From an uncultured Bacilli bacterium (GTDB lineage: Bacteria; Bacillota_I; Bacilli_A; RF39; UBA660), in contig CANRCN010000001.1 in the NCBI GenBank assembly GCA_947629135.1, positions 411 to 64,410 on the forward strand: 64,000 nt of DNA, given 5' to 3'. The first letter of the stretch is position 1; every line of letters starts with the position of its first letter. The translations under genes were made by a program, and so were the position numbers. Below, in pieces: positions 42,302-52,357 of the stretch. The notes under the pieces were generated by a model. The model did not search any database. It was not told where the DNA came from and was given only the letters and a program-made list of their open reading frames with translations.

Positions 42302-43015
42302 ATGTTAGAAGGAAAAATTGCAATAGTAACTGGAGCATCTCGTGGTATCGGATTAGAAATAGCAAAGTTGTTTACAAAAGAGGGAGCAAAAGTTATTGGT
42401 ACATATAATCATAATAAAACAGATATAGATGGTGTAGATTTTTATAAATTAGATGTTTCTAACAGAGAAGAAGTTAAAACATTTGTAGATACTATTATTA
42501 ACAAGTATAATAAAATAGATATTCTTGTTAATAATGCTGGAATAACAGCTGATGCATTAACTAAAAAAATGTCTGATGAAATGTTTGATAAGGTAATAAA
42601 TACTAATCTTACAGGAACCTATAATATAACTAAACTAATTGGTCCAATTATGCAAGATAATCATAGTGGTAGTATAATTAATATTACATCAATAGTTGGT
42701 ATATATGGAAATATTGGACAAGTAAATTATGCAGCTTCAAAAAGCGGTATTATAGGAATGACCCATACTTGGGCAAAAGAATTTGCTATGAAAGATGGAA
42801 ATGTTAGAGTTAATGCAATAGCACCAGGATATACAATGACAGAGATGCTTAAAACAGTTCCAGAAGAATTATTAGACAAGTTTAAAAGTATGACTTTATT
42901 GAAAAGATTAGCTGAACCTGAAGATATAGCTAATGCAGCATTATTTTTAGCAAGTGACATGGCTAGTTATATAACAGATGAAATATTAAATGTTAATGGT
43001 GGCATGAAATTATAA
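42302..43015 (+). CDS. SDR-family 3-oxoacyl reductase (FabG/PhaB-like acetoacetyl-CoA reductase)
   Basis: 'TGASRGIG' cofactor motif, 'NAG' and 'YAASK' catalytic motif; GAGGAGG RBS 6 nt before ATG 42302. Confidence 0.85.
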   Translation: MLEGKIAIVTGASRGIGLEIAKLFTKEGAKVIGTYNHNKTDIDGVDFYKLDVSNREEVKTFVDTIINKYNKIDILVNNAGITADALTKKMSDEMFDKVINTNLTGTYNITKLIGPIMQDNHSGSIINITSIVGIYGNIGQVNYAASKSGIIGMTHTWAKEFAMKDGNVRVNAIAPGYTMTEMLKTVPEELLDKFKSMTLLKRLAEPEDIANAALFLASDMASYITDEILNVNGGMKL

Positions 43016-43051
43016 AAATATATACTTGAAAAAAAGGAAAGTGATTATATT

Positions 43052-44094
43052 GTGAAAAAGAATATAGAAAAAGTTAACAATAAGTCACCTCGGGGGGGGG
43101 GGCTTATAAAAAATATATAATAATATTTAAATTAATATTATCTTGCTTTATTGCATTTATAATATTAAATTTGTTTTGTATTTTTTATTATAATATACCA
43201 GTACATTCTACTTCTAAAGATGGTGCAACTGATTACGTTTGGGAACCAAACAAGTTTTATTCACGTTGGACTGAAGGCTTTGGATATGGAAGAACGAACA
43301 ATGAAGGTTATTATGATTATAAAAAATATAAAAAGAGCGATAATGTTGATATATTAGTTATGGGATCTTCACATATGGAAGCAGCTCAAATACAACAAAA
43401 TAAATCTACATCAGGATTGCTTGATAATATGTTAAAAGATTATTATGTTTATAATATAGGAATATCGGGTCATACATTTATAACCTGTGTTAGTAATCTT
43501 GAAGCTGCTATTACTAAATATAATCCAAATAAATATATTATTATTGAAACTAACACAGTTACTTTTTCAGATAGTGATTTGAACAATGCATTGAACAATT
43601 CAGTTGAAGAAATTCCTTCTTATGATGGAGGTGTAATTGGTATACTACAGCAAAATCAACTTTTAAGATTATTATATCATCAAGCAGAGTCTTTTCTTAA
43701 TTTAGAAAATGAAGGAGATATAATTCCAAATAGTCAAACTAACTTTGATACTAATTTTAACTTATTAAATCAACTTTTTATAAAAATGCAAGAAAAAGCA
43801 GAAAAAAATAATATTAAAATAATAATAATGTATCATCCAAGTACAACTTTGAATAAAGATGGAAGTTTAAATTTGTCAAGTGAAAATGAAAATATAGAAG
43901 AATTTTCGAAATTATGTAAAGAAAATGGAATATATTTTCTTGATATGAGTGATAGATTTAGAGAAGAATATGAAAAGAATTATATTCTACCATATGGATT
44001 TAGTAATACATCAGTAGGCACAGGTCATTTAAATAAATATGGACATGAAATGATTGCTGAAGAATTATATAAATTAATCAAGGAGGAAAAGTAG
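43052..44094 (+). pseudogene. second DltD/AlgX-like SGNH-fold paralogue, again with a poly-G tract between the predicted start (GTG 43052) and the TM anchor, out of frame in this sequence
   Basis: GTG 43052 reads VKKNIEKVNNKSPRGGG into G11 and stops at 43120; the long ORF (open from 43084, track 43171..44094) is in the +2 frame; the C-terminal 60 aa are near-identical to the 37641 paralogue; G12 or G9 would fuse them. Confidence 0.45.
43092..43102. repeat. poly-G homopolymer (G11)
   Basis: direct read. Confidence 0.95.
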
Positions 44095-44275
44095 AGTATC
44101 GCTTTTATCAATAGACTTTTTAATATTTTTTATAGTTATAATACTAGGAACATTTATTATTTAAATATAGAAGTATTCTTACTTATTGCAAGTTACTTTT
44201 TTTTAATATTGGATTTAATATTTTGTTTTCTATTTCATATTTTACAGCAAAATATATGTATATTTCAAATTTTAA
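44095..44275 (+). pseudogene. degenerate 5' remnant of an MBOAT gene (partial duplicate of 38602-38800)
   Basis: Nucleotide-level similarity to the start of MBOAT 38602 ('atcaatagactttttaatattttttatagtt', 'gaagtattcttacttattgcaagttacttttttt', 'tattttacagcaaaatata') with internal deletions and stops. Confidence 0.55.
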
Positions 44276-44534
44276 TTTGTCTTGTATAAAATAAAAGTTA
44301 TTTTAAGTTAATATTATGATGATTTAGAATGATGTTAAAGGAATCTTAACTTATATTTCTTAGAAATTATTAGACGTTAATAACTATAAGGATTTATTAA
44401 AAAAACTTCCAAATGATAATAAATATGATTACAGAAGTATATATTTTTTAGGTACTAATTATTGCTTTATAATAGAAAAAAATATAAGTCTTTTATATGT
44501 TCGTTATAACTGAAAAATTATGTATGTTTTTCAG

Positions 44535-44563
44535 TTTACTTTTTTTATTAGACGTGTTAGAAT
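44535..44563 (+). promoter_or_regulatory. promoter, copy 1 of a duplicated promoter
   Basis: TTTACT -17 nt- TGtTAGAAT extended -10; same 'acgtgttagaatatt' core as at 50704-50725. Confidence 0.5.
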
Positions 44564-44588
44564 ATTGTTTGGAAGGTAAGTTTGGAGT

Positions 44589-46625
44589 ATGAAAACTATA
44601 TTAAAAAAAATTGATATCAAATTAGTTATTGCAGTTATTATACATTTTTTAATAACGTTTATTACAGATAGAAATATATTTATTTTTAAAGAAATAAATA
44701 TTACTAATTATATTTTGTGTAAAGTAGTATTGTTAGGATTATTAATATTATTATGGAAGTTTATATTTAAATTAATTCATAAAGATAAGAATGCTGTTGA
44801 TTATTTTAAAAAGTTTTTAATATACATAATTCCAATTTCTATTTTATTAGTTTTGTGTTGGCCAGGTAATTGGTTTGGACCAGATGTTGCTAATTTTTAT
44901 CAATTTGCAATTCGTGGCAATTTTGTATATTATCTTAATTACTTATCATCAGTTTTTTATATTATAGGTTTAATGTTCTTTCCAGTTCCAAGTGGTCCTA
45001 TTATTCTTTTAGCTATTTTATTTGGAATTGTATTTTCTTATTTAACTAAAAATCTATATGATATTTATAAAAGTAAACTTGTTTATTTAATGTTAATTCC
45101 ATTCTTTATGTTAAATACTTTATTTTATACTTTTTATGCTAATAGACCAATTATTTTTGGAATTATTTATTTATTATTAATTAGTATTATTTTACTTGAT
45201 AAAATTAAAAATAATAAATTAACTAATAAAAAAATTTTAGCTTTAATTATTTTAACAGGAGTCGCAGCCTATTGGAGAACTGAGAGTATTTATTTAATTC
45301 TTGCTATTCCTTTATTTATTTTTATAGTCTATAAATTAAAAGTAAATTTTAAAAACATTGCTAAGATCTTTGGTTTTACTATTTTAAGTTTTCTAGCTAT
45401 ATCATTACCTCAAAAAATATATGAATATAATTTTCATGATTATCCATTATCATCACGTAATGCAGCTATATATATTTTACCTTTATCTTATATGTTAACT
45501 AAAGATTTAAAGGGGAAAAATTTAGAAAGTAATTTAGCTAAAATTGATAAAGTTATAGGAATAGAAGAAATGAAAAAATATCCATCCTATAATGATACTT
45601 ATTGTATTTGGGAAAGTAATTGTAAAAAATTAGATTATACTAAAGAAGAATATAAAGAGTTTCAAAAAGCTTATTTTGATGTAATAATTAATAATTTTCC
45701 TGAATATTTAAAAACAAGAATGTTAACATTTGTAGGTGCAAGTGGTCTTTATAATAATACTTTTACAACTAAGAATTTATATAATGAAAATATAGAGACT
45801 TTATTTGAAAGAAAAGATACTAAACCATTTATTAATTATAAAATAAGGAAAGTTGTTTATTCAATTTTAGAAGGAAGAATTTCTGATAAAGGAAGATCTA
45901 TTCTTCCATATAATCTAACTAATAATTTAATAATACCTTTGTTATTTATTGGAATATTATTTATATATTCAATTGTAAAAAAGAAGTTATTTTACTTTTT
46001 GTTATCTGGGATGTTGATTGGTCATACTACGATAGTTTTCTTTACAGCTCCTGCTAACTATGCAATGTATTATTTTAATATTTATTTAACTGGATTAGTA
46101 GTTGGAGTTATGTTTATAATTGATTATATATATTATAAAAAGAATAAAAAATGTTATTTATTAGATATAAAGAAAAAAAATAAAAAGAAAGTAAAAAGGG
46201 AGGAATCAAAGATAAAAAAATTAATAGTTCAAGCTTTTAAGTTCTTTGGAATATCTGGAATAGGATGGTTAATTGATTTTACAACTTATACAGTTATGAC
46301 AAGTTTACTAAAAATAGATATCATGATTGCTAATATTATAAGTTCATTTTTAGGAATTACTTTTGTCTATTTAGTTTCAACGAGAAAATTATTTCAGAAT
46401 AATAGTAAATATAATTTAAAAGTAAAATATATTGCTTATATTTTATATCAAGTTGTTTTTGTATTATTAGTTTCTTATATAATGACATTTTTAAAAGAAT
46501 ACTTATTAGGATTTGATGTTAAATTAATAAGTGATTATGTCAATATAATAACTAAAATTGTAGTAACTCCATTTACAATGGTAATAAATTTTATAGTTAT
46601 GAAAAATTTAATAGAGAGGATTTAA
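44589..46625 (+). CDS. large polytopic GT-C-like membrane protein (GtrC/YfhO-like by context) fused to a C-terminal GtrA-family domain
   Basis: ~14 TM helices; first 520 aa paralogous to 50747..52330 (identical blocks 'WPGNWFGPDVANFY', 'PVPSGPIILLAILFGIVFSYLTKNLYDIYKSKLVYLMLIPFFMLNTLFYTFYANRPII'); last ~140 aa have 4 TM with GtrA-like pattern; a GT2 gene follows immediately. Confidence 0.5.
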   Translation: MKTILKKIDIKLVIAVIIHFLITFITDRNIFIFKEINITNYILCKVVLLGLLILLWKFIFKLIHKDKNAVDYFKKFLIYIIPISILLVLCWPGNWFGPDVANFYQFAIRGNFVYYLNYLSSVFYIIGLMFFPVPSGPIILLAILFGIVFSYLTKNLYDIYKSKLVYLMLIPFFMLNTLFYTFYANRPIIFGIIYLLLISIILLDKIKNNKLTNKKILALIILTGVAAYWRTESIYLILAIPLFIFIVYKLKVNFKNIAKIFGFTILSFLAISLPQKIYEYNFHDYPLSSRNAAIYILPLSYMLTKDLKGKNLESNLAKIDKVIGIEEMKKYPSYNDTYCIWESNCKKLDYTKEEYKEFQKAYFDVIINNFPEYLKTRMLTFVGASGLYNNTFTTKNLYNENIETLFERKDTKPFINYKIRKVVYSILEGRISDKGRSILPYNLTNNLIIPLLFIGILFIYSIVKKKLFYFLLSGMLIGHTTIVFFTAPANYAMYYFNIYLTGLVVGVMFIIDYIYYKKNKKCYLLDIKKKNKKKVKREESKIKKLIVQAFKFFGISGIGWLIDFTTYTVMTSLLKIDIMIANIISSFLGITFVYLVSTRKLFQNNSKYNLKVKYIAYILYQVVFVLLVSYIMTFLKEYLLGFDVKLISDYVNIITKIVVTPFTMVINFIVMKNLIERI

Positions 46626-46629
46626 TTGT

Positions 46630-47439
46630 ATGGAAAAGATAATGGTTTTTATACCAATGTATAATTGTGAAAAACAAATAGTTAGAGTTTTAAAGCAATT
46701 TGATAAAGAGGTTTTAAAATATATTGAAGAAATTGTAATTATTAATAATAGAAGTACTGATAATGGAGAAGAAGCAGTTATTAATTTTAGTAAAGAAAAT
46801 AAAATAGATAAGAAACTAACTTTACTTAGAAATGATGAAAATTATAATTTAGGTGGATCTCACAAAGTAGCTTTTGATTATGCAATTAAGAATAACTATG
46901 ATTATTTAATTGTTTTACATGGTGATGATCAAGGAAGTATTCATGATTTGTTACCATATCTTAAAAATAAAGAATATGAAAATTATGATTCTTTACTTGG
47001 TTCAAGATTTTTAAAAGAATCTAAACTAGAAGGATATTCTAAGTTTAGAACTTTTGGAAACATTGTTTATAATTTTGCTTTTTCCATATTACTTGGGAAT
47101 AAAGTAAAAGATTTAGGTGCAGGATTAAATATGTATAAAGTTGAATCTTTAAAAAATAAATATTATATTAAATATCCTGATAGATTAACTTTTAATTGTT
47201 ATATGTTACTTGCTATTAAATCTTATAAACAAAATGTAAAATATTTTCCAATAACATGGAGAGAAGATGATCAAGTTTCTAATGTTAAAATGGTATCACA
47301 AGCTTTTAAAACAATAATGATACCAATTAAATATTTTTTTAGAAGAAGTAAGTATTTAGAAAGTGAGCATAGAGATAAGATAATAGAAGATTATACTGCA
47401 AGTTGTATATATAGTATTGGAGGTAAAAATGGAAAATAA
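46630..47439 (+). CDS. GT2-family glycosyltransferase, GtrB/DPM1-like without C-terminal TM helices
   Basis: 'MVFIPMYNCEKQIVRVLKQF' GT-A start, 'LHGDDQGS' DxD-type motif. Confidence 0.65.
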   Translation: MEKIMVFIPMYNCEKQIVRVLKQFDKEVLKYIEEIVIINNRSTDNGEEAVINFSKENKIDKKLTLLRNDENYNLGGSHKVAFDYAIKNNYDYLIVLHGDDQGSIHDLLPYLKNKEYENYDSLLGSRFLKESKLEGYSKFRTFGNIVYNFAFSILLGNKVKDLGAGLNMYKVESLKNKYYIKYPDRLTFNCYMLLAIKSYKQNVKYFPITWREDDQVSNVKMVSQAFKTIMIPIKYFFRRSKYLESEHRDKIIEDYTASCIYSIGGKNGK

Positions 47440-48175
47440 GGTACATTTAATCATGCCTATGGGAGGAGCAGGCTCAAGATTCTTTAAAAATGGATATGTT
47501 ATGCCTAAACCATTAATTGAAATAAATGGTAAACCATTTTTATATTGGTCAACTATGTCAATTAAAAAATATATAGATTTAGAAGATATAACTTTTGTTA
47601 TTCTTCAAGAACATATTGATAATTTTGAAATTGATAAAGTTATTTTAAAATATTTTCCTGATGCAAAATTTGTAGTATTGAAGGAAATGTTTAAAGAAGG
47701 ACCTGTATTAACTTGTAAGGCAGGACTCGAGAATATTAATGATGATCTTCCAATTATTTTTAATGATTGTGATCATTATTTTAAGAGTAGTAGTTTTAAT
47801 GATTTTTGCAATAGTGAAGATAAAAGTTTGGTTGATGGAGCTTTAGTAACTTTTGAAGCTGATGATCCTAAGTTTAGCTATGTTGAATTAGACGAAAATG
47901 GAAATGCTAAACGAACTGTTGAAAAAGAAGTTATTAGTAATGATGCGATTTGTGGAGCATATTATGTTAAAAATAAAAAAATATTCTTAGATAGTGTTTC
48001 AGAGTACATGGATAATTGTAATTACAAAGAATTTTTTGTAAGTGGTATTTATAACATTATGATAAAAAATGGTTTAACTGTAAAAAACTTTAGAGTAGAT
48101 TTTCATATTCCATTTGGAACTCCTGAAGAATATGAACTTGCTAAAGAAAAAGTAGAATTTGAGGAAATAAAATGA
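47429..48175 (+). CDS. sugar-phosphate/alcohol-phosphate nucleotidyltransferase (NTP_transferase fold, LicC/RmlA-like)
   Basis: 'LIMPMGGAGSRF...MPKPLIEINGKPFL' nucleotidyltransferase G-rich loop; GGAGG RBS 5 nt before ATG 47429. Confidence 0.6.
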   Translation: MENKVHLIMPMGGAGSRFFKNGYVMPKPLIEINGKPFLYWSTMSIKKYIDLEDITFVILQEHIDNFEIDKVILKYFPDAKFVVLKEMFKEGPVLTCKAGLENINDDLPIIFNDCDHYFKSSSFNDFCNSEDKSLVDGALVTFEADDPKFSYVELDENGNAKRTVEKEVISNDAICGAYYVKNKKIFLDSVSEYMDNCNYKEFFVSGIYNIMIKNGLTVKNFRVDFHIPFGTPEEYELAKEKVEFEEIK

Positions 48176-50061
48176 TTTACTTCACATTAATTCTTGCAAT
48201 TATCTTCATGGTAATTGGTCATTATTTTAAAGTTTATAGGTTAAAACAATTTATAGAAATTTATGAAAAGCCAAATACTCCTAGATTACTTCAAGCTTTA
48301 TCTATAAGTTATGTTATCAATTTCTTTGTTCCGTTTAGATTAGGAGACATCTTTAGAGCTTGGTGGGCTGGAAGAAAGATGAAAAATGGAGTATCATTTT
48401 CTTTGACAACGGTTATTGTTGATAGAATTTTAGATGTTATAGTAGTTGCTTTAATCTTTTTTAGTTTTTATCTATTAGGCTTTAAAGAAAAAGTAATTGA
48501 AAGTTCTATTTATTTTTATATAATAGGTGGTTCAGTTTTATTAATATTATTATTTTTAGGAATGAAATTTAGTAAATATATAAAAATATCAATTATGAAA
48601 TTTGCTAGAATATTTAATACTAATATTGAACTTAGGATATTAAAATTTACTTGGTATATTATCACAGCCTTTAAAGACTTAATATCAAAACTTAAAAAAA
48701 GCGAATTGTTAATTAATACAATTGTTATGTGGTTCTTTTATTTAGGTTCATATTCTTTATTTGCTTTAACAATGCGATTTTCAGGAAGTAATACAAGTTT
48801 AGTTGATATATTTACTTTATTATTTTCAAAGAATAGTTTTGATCTTTCAACTGGTGCTTTTTCAATTAGTAATTATTATATGGTAATTTATTTATTAGTG
48901 CCATTAGTTATTTTGTTAATTTTATCTTTATTTAAGACTAAAGAAAAAGGTAAAAATTATGTAAAAAATAAATATTTAGAGTTATTACCTCAATTAAATT
49001 CTTCAGATAAATTAGTTTTTTTAGAAGGATATTTCAGTGCTCGTTCTAGAGAATATTTTAATAATTATGTTATGTTAAATCGAGATATTTCTATTATTCA
49101 AGATTTTTCAGCAGGTAGTAATGCTACAACTATGCTTTGTACTTATGATAATAAAATGTTTTTTAGAAAATATAGTTTTGGTAAAGATTCTTCTAAATTA
49201 TATGAACAAATTAAATGGTTAAAAGAACATCAAAAAGTTATACCTTTAACTAAGGTTTTAAATGTTAAAAGAGGCAATGAATATTGTTCTTATGATATGC
49301 CATATTTTAATAATGCTATTAGTTGCTTTAACTATGTTCATTCTACACCTATTAATAAATCATGGCCAGTTCTTGAAAAGGCTCTTAATACTATAGGTGA
49401 AAATTTACATACTAAAAATTTAGTAAATGCTGATATTAAAAAAATAGATGAATATATAGAAAGTAAAGTTATAAATAATTTAAAAAAAATTGAAAATGGT
49501 AATTATATTAAACCTTTACTTAAATATAATTATTTAATTATAAATGGTAAAAAGTATCATAATTTAAATTATTTTATGAAATATTTAACAAAAGAATACT
49601 TAGAAGAGTTGTTTAAAAATGATATGTATTCTGATATTCATGGGGATTTTACAATTGAAAATATTATTTGTTTTAATGATAAAGATGATTTTTATATAAT
49701 AGATCCAAATACTGGTAATGTTCATGATTCTCCAAATCTTGATTATGCTAAGTTATTACAATCTTTACATGGTGGATATGAATTTTTAATGAATACAAAA
49801 AGTGTTTCAGTTTCTGAAAATAATATTAATTATTTATTTACTAAATCAGCTGTATATGATGAATTGTATAATAAATATCATAAGTATTTATGTGATAAGT
49901 TTGATAGAATAAAAGTAAAAAGTATTTATTTTCATGAAATTATTCATTGGTTAAGGTTATTACCTTATAAAATAGAAAAAAATGGTGAAAGACAAGTATT
50001 ATTTTATGCAGGACTTATTATAGTATTAAATGATGTAATAGAAATGTTTGGTGATGATTAA
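48172..50061 (+). CDS. fusion protein: N-terminal flippase-like (LPG-synthase-TM/UPF0104) membrane domain + C-terminal choline/aminoglycoside-kinase-fold (APH/ChoK) kinase
   Basis: N-terminus 'RLGDIFRAWWAGRK' with ~8 TM; C-terminus 'DIHGDFTIENIICFNDKDDFYIIDPN' matches the H-G-D-x-x-x-x-N ... D-x-N catalytic/Mg loops of ChoK/APH kinases. Confidence 0.55.
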   Translation: MIYFTLILAIIFMVIGHYFKVYRLKQFIEIYEKPNTPRLLQALSISYVINFFVPFRLGDIFRAWWAGRKMKNGVSFSLTTVIVDRILDVIVVALIFFSFYLLGFKEKVIESSIYFYIIGGSVLLILLFLGMKFSKYIKISIMKFARIFNTNIELRILKFTWYIITAFKDLISKLKKSELLINTIVMWFFYLGSYSLFALTMRFSGSNTSLVDIFTLLFSKNSFDLSTGAFSISNYYMVIYLLVPLVILLILSLFKTKEKGKNYVKNKYLELLPQLNSSDKLVFLEGYFSARSREYFNNYVMLNRDISIIQDFSAGSNATTMLCTYDNKMFFRKYSFGKDSSKLYEQIKWLKEHQKVIPLTKVLNVKRGNEYCSYDMPYFNNAISCFNYVHSTPINKSWPVLEKALNTIGENLHTKNLVNADIKKIDEYIESKVINNLKKIENGNYIKPLLKYNYLIINGKKYHNLNYFMKYLTKEYLEELFKNDMYSDIHGDFTIENIICFNDKDDFYIIDPNTGNVHDSPNLDYAKLLQSLHGGYEFLMNTKSVSVSENNINYLFTKSAVYDELYNKYHKYLCDKFDRIKVKSIYFHEIIHWLRLLPYKIEKNGERQVLFYAGLIIVLNDVIEMFGDD

Positions 50062-50615
50062 TGAAAAAATTAGCAATGATTGATTTAGATGGAACTTTGT
50101 TTGATACTAACGAAGTAAATTATTATGCTTATAAAGAATCTTTAAATGAAAAAGGATTTGATCTTGAGTATGAACATTATAAAAATGAATGTAATGGTAG
50201 ATATTATAAAGTATTTTTACCTGATATAGTTAATAATGATGAAGAGGTTATGGAATATGTTCATAAAAGAAAAAAAGAATTATATGAAAAATATTTGGAT
50301 AAGGCTATTGTAAATGAACATTTATTTAATATTTTAGAAAGTATAAAAGATAAATACTATTTAGCTTTAGTTACAACAGCTTCTAAAAAGAATACTTATG
50401 ATATTTTAAAATATTTTAAAAAAGTTGAATTATTTGATTTAATTTTAACTCATGATGATATTGAAAAGCCAAAGCCAGATCCTGAAGGATTCAAAAAAGC
50501 TTTAGATTATTTTAAGATTGATGCTAAAGATGCAATCGTTTTTGAAGATTCTAATGTTGGAATAGAAGCAGCTAAGAAAGTTGGAGCTACAATTTTTAAA
50601 ATAGAAAATTTTTAG
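50061..50615 (+). CDS. HAD-IA hydrolase (beta-phosphoglucomutase/phosphatase-like)
   Basis: 'MIDLDGTLFDT' HAD motif I and 'FEDSNVGIEAAKKVG' motif IV. Confidence 0.7.
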   Translation: MKKLAMIDLDGTLFDTNEVNYYAYKESLNEKGFDLEYEHYKNECNGRYYKVFLPDIVNNDEEVMEYVHKRKKELYEKYLDKAIVNEHLFNILESIKDKYYLALVTTASKKNTYDILKYFKKVELFDLILTHDDIEKPKPDPEGFKKALDYFKIDAKDAIVFEDSNVGIEAAKKVGATIFKIENF

Positions 50616-50694
50616 AAATAGATATTAGAAAGATATAAAAATTAACAATGTTCTTTTTTAGAATTTGTTAATTTTTTTATTTAAAAAAGATTAG

Positions 50695-50723
50695 TTTACA
50701 ATTTCTTTTATACGTGTTAGAAT
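50695..50723 (+). promoter_or_regulatory. promoter, copy 2 of the duplicated promoter
   Basis: TTTACA -17 nt- TGtTAGAAT; identical core to the copy at 44558. Confidence 0.5.
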
Positions 50724-50746
50724 ATTACTAGAAGGGTAAGGTAGAA

Positions 50747-52330
50747 ATGAAAAAAAAATTAAAAAAAATTAATTTTAAATTGATAATTATTGTTTTAATA
50801 CATTTTGTAATAACATTTTTTACAGATAAAAATATATTTGTTTTTTCTGATATAAATATTATTAATTATATTTTTTGTAAAATTATATTTTTATTAGTTT
50901 TATATTTATTTTGGAAATTTATCTTTAAATTAATAGACAAAGATAAAGTAATGATTAGTTATTTTAAAAAGTTTTTAATATATATGATACCTATTAGTAT
51001 ATTATTAATTTTATGTTGGCCAGGTAATTGGTTTGGGCCAGATGTTGCTAATTTTTATGAATATGCAATTCATGGTAATTTCTTATATTATCTTAATTAT
51101 TTATCATCAGTTTTTTATATGATAGGTTTTATGTTTTTTCCAGTTCCAAGTGGACCTATTATTCTTTTAGCTATTTTATTTGGAATTGTATTTTCTTATT
51201 TAACTAAAAATCTATATGATATTTATAAAAGTAAACTTGTTTATTTAATGTTAATTCCATTCTTTATGTTAAATACCTTATTTTATACTTTTTATGCTAA
51301 TAGACCAATTATATATGGAGTTTTTTACTTGCTATTAATTAGTATTATTTTACTTGATAAAATTAGAAATAACAAATTAACAAATAAAAAATTTCTTGTA
51401 TTAATGATTTTAACAGGAATATCTTCCTATTTTAGAAGTGAAAGTATTTATTTAATTCTTGCTATTCCTTTATTTATTTTTATAGTTTATAAATTAAAAG
51501 TAAATGTTAAAAACATTGCTAAGATATTTGGATTTACAGTTTTAGCTTTTTTAATAGTTGCAATGCCTCAAAAGATATATGAATATAAAAATGTTGAAGA
51601 TCAATATACTCGTAATTTACCAATATATATTACACCTTTATCTTATATGTTAACTAAGGATTTAAAAGGTAAAAATTTAGAAAGTGATTTAGCTAAAATC
51701 GATAAAGTTATTGGAATAGAGGAGATGAAAGAATATCCATCTTATATAGATGCTTTTTGTGTTTGGAATAATGATTGTTTAAAGACAGGCTATACTAAGG
51801 AAGAATATAAGGAGTTTCAAAAAGCTTATTTTGATGTAATAAAAAATAATATACCAGAATTTATAATGACTAAAACTTTAACTTTTGCTAATGCAAGTGG
51901 GGTTTATGGAAGTACTTTTACAACTAAAAATTTATATAATGAAGATAATCAAATGTTATATAAGAGAAAAGATACTAAACCTTTTATAAATTATAAAGTA
52001 AGAAGATTTACATATTCACTTCTTGAAGGAAGATTAACTGATAAATGGCAACCTAATATTTTATATAGAATTTTTAATAATTTATTTGTATCATTCTTAA
52101 TCATTGGAATAATATTTATATATTCAATTATTAAAAAGAAATTATTTTACTTTTTATTATGTGGAATGTTAATTGGACATGCTGTTATAGTTTTCTTTAC
52201 AGCACCAGCTAGTTATTTTATGTATTATTTTAATGTTTATTTATGTGGGTTAGTTCTTGGAGTAATATTTGTAATAGATTATATATATTATAAAAAACAT
52301 AAAAAAAGTTATGTTTTAAAGAACAAGTAG
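50747..52330 (+). CDS. GT-C-like polytopic membrane protein, paralogue of 44589 without the GtrA fusion
   Basis: 527 aa, long identical blocks with the 44589 product. Confidence 0.5.
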   Translation: MKKKLKKINFKLIIIVLIHFVITFFTDKNIFVFSDINIINYIFCKIIFLLVLYLFWKFIFKLIDKDKVMISYFKKFLIYMIPISILLILCWPGNWFGPDVANFYEYAIHGNFLYYLNYLSSVFYMIGFMFFPVPSGPIILLAILFGIVFSYLTKNLYDIYKSKLVYLMLIPFFMLNTLFYTFYANRPIIYGVFYLLLISIILLDKIRNNKLTNKKFLVLMILTGISSYFRSESIYLILAIPLFIFIVYKLKVNVKNIAKIFGFTVLAFLIVAMPQKIYEYKNVEDQYTRNLPIYITPLSYMLTKDLKGKNLESDLAKIDKVIGIEEMKEYPSYIDAFCVWNNDCLKTGYTKEEYKEFQKAYFDVIKNNIPEFIMTKTLTFANASGVYGSTFTTKNLYNEDNQMLYKRKDTKPFINYKVRRFTYSLLEGRLTDKWQPNILYRIFNNLFVSFLIIGIIFIYSIIKKKLFYFLLCGMLIGHAVIVFFTAPASYFMYYFNVYLCGLVLGVIFVIDYIYYKKHKKSYVLKNK

Positions 52331-52357
52331 TTATAATTGAAGTTAAGGTGAGTTTGT

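Noticed and set aside
37552-43102. Possibility that the three poly-G runs are chance homopolymers
   Set aside because: Runs of 8-11 G are essentially never seen by chance in ~25% GC sequence. All three sit in the same codon context near gene starts of one functional module, which favours selected contingency tracts. Sequencing error in tract length remains possible and is flagged as the refutation route.
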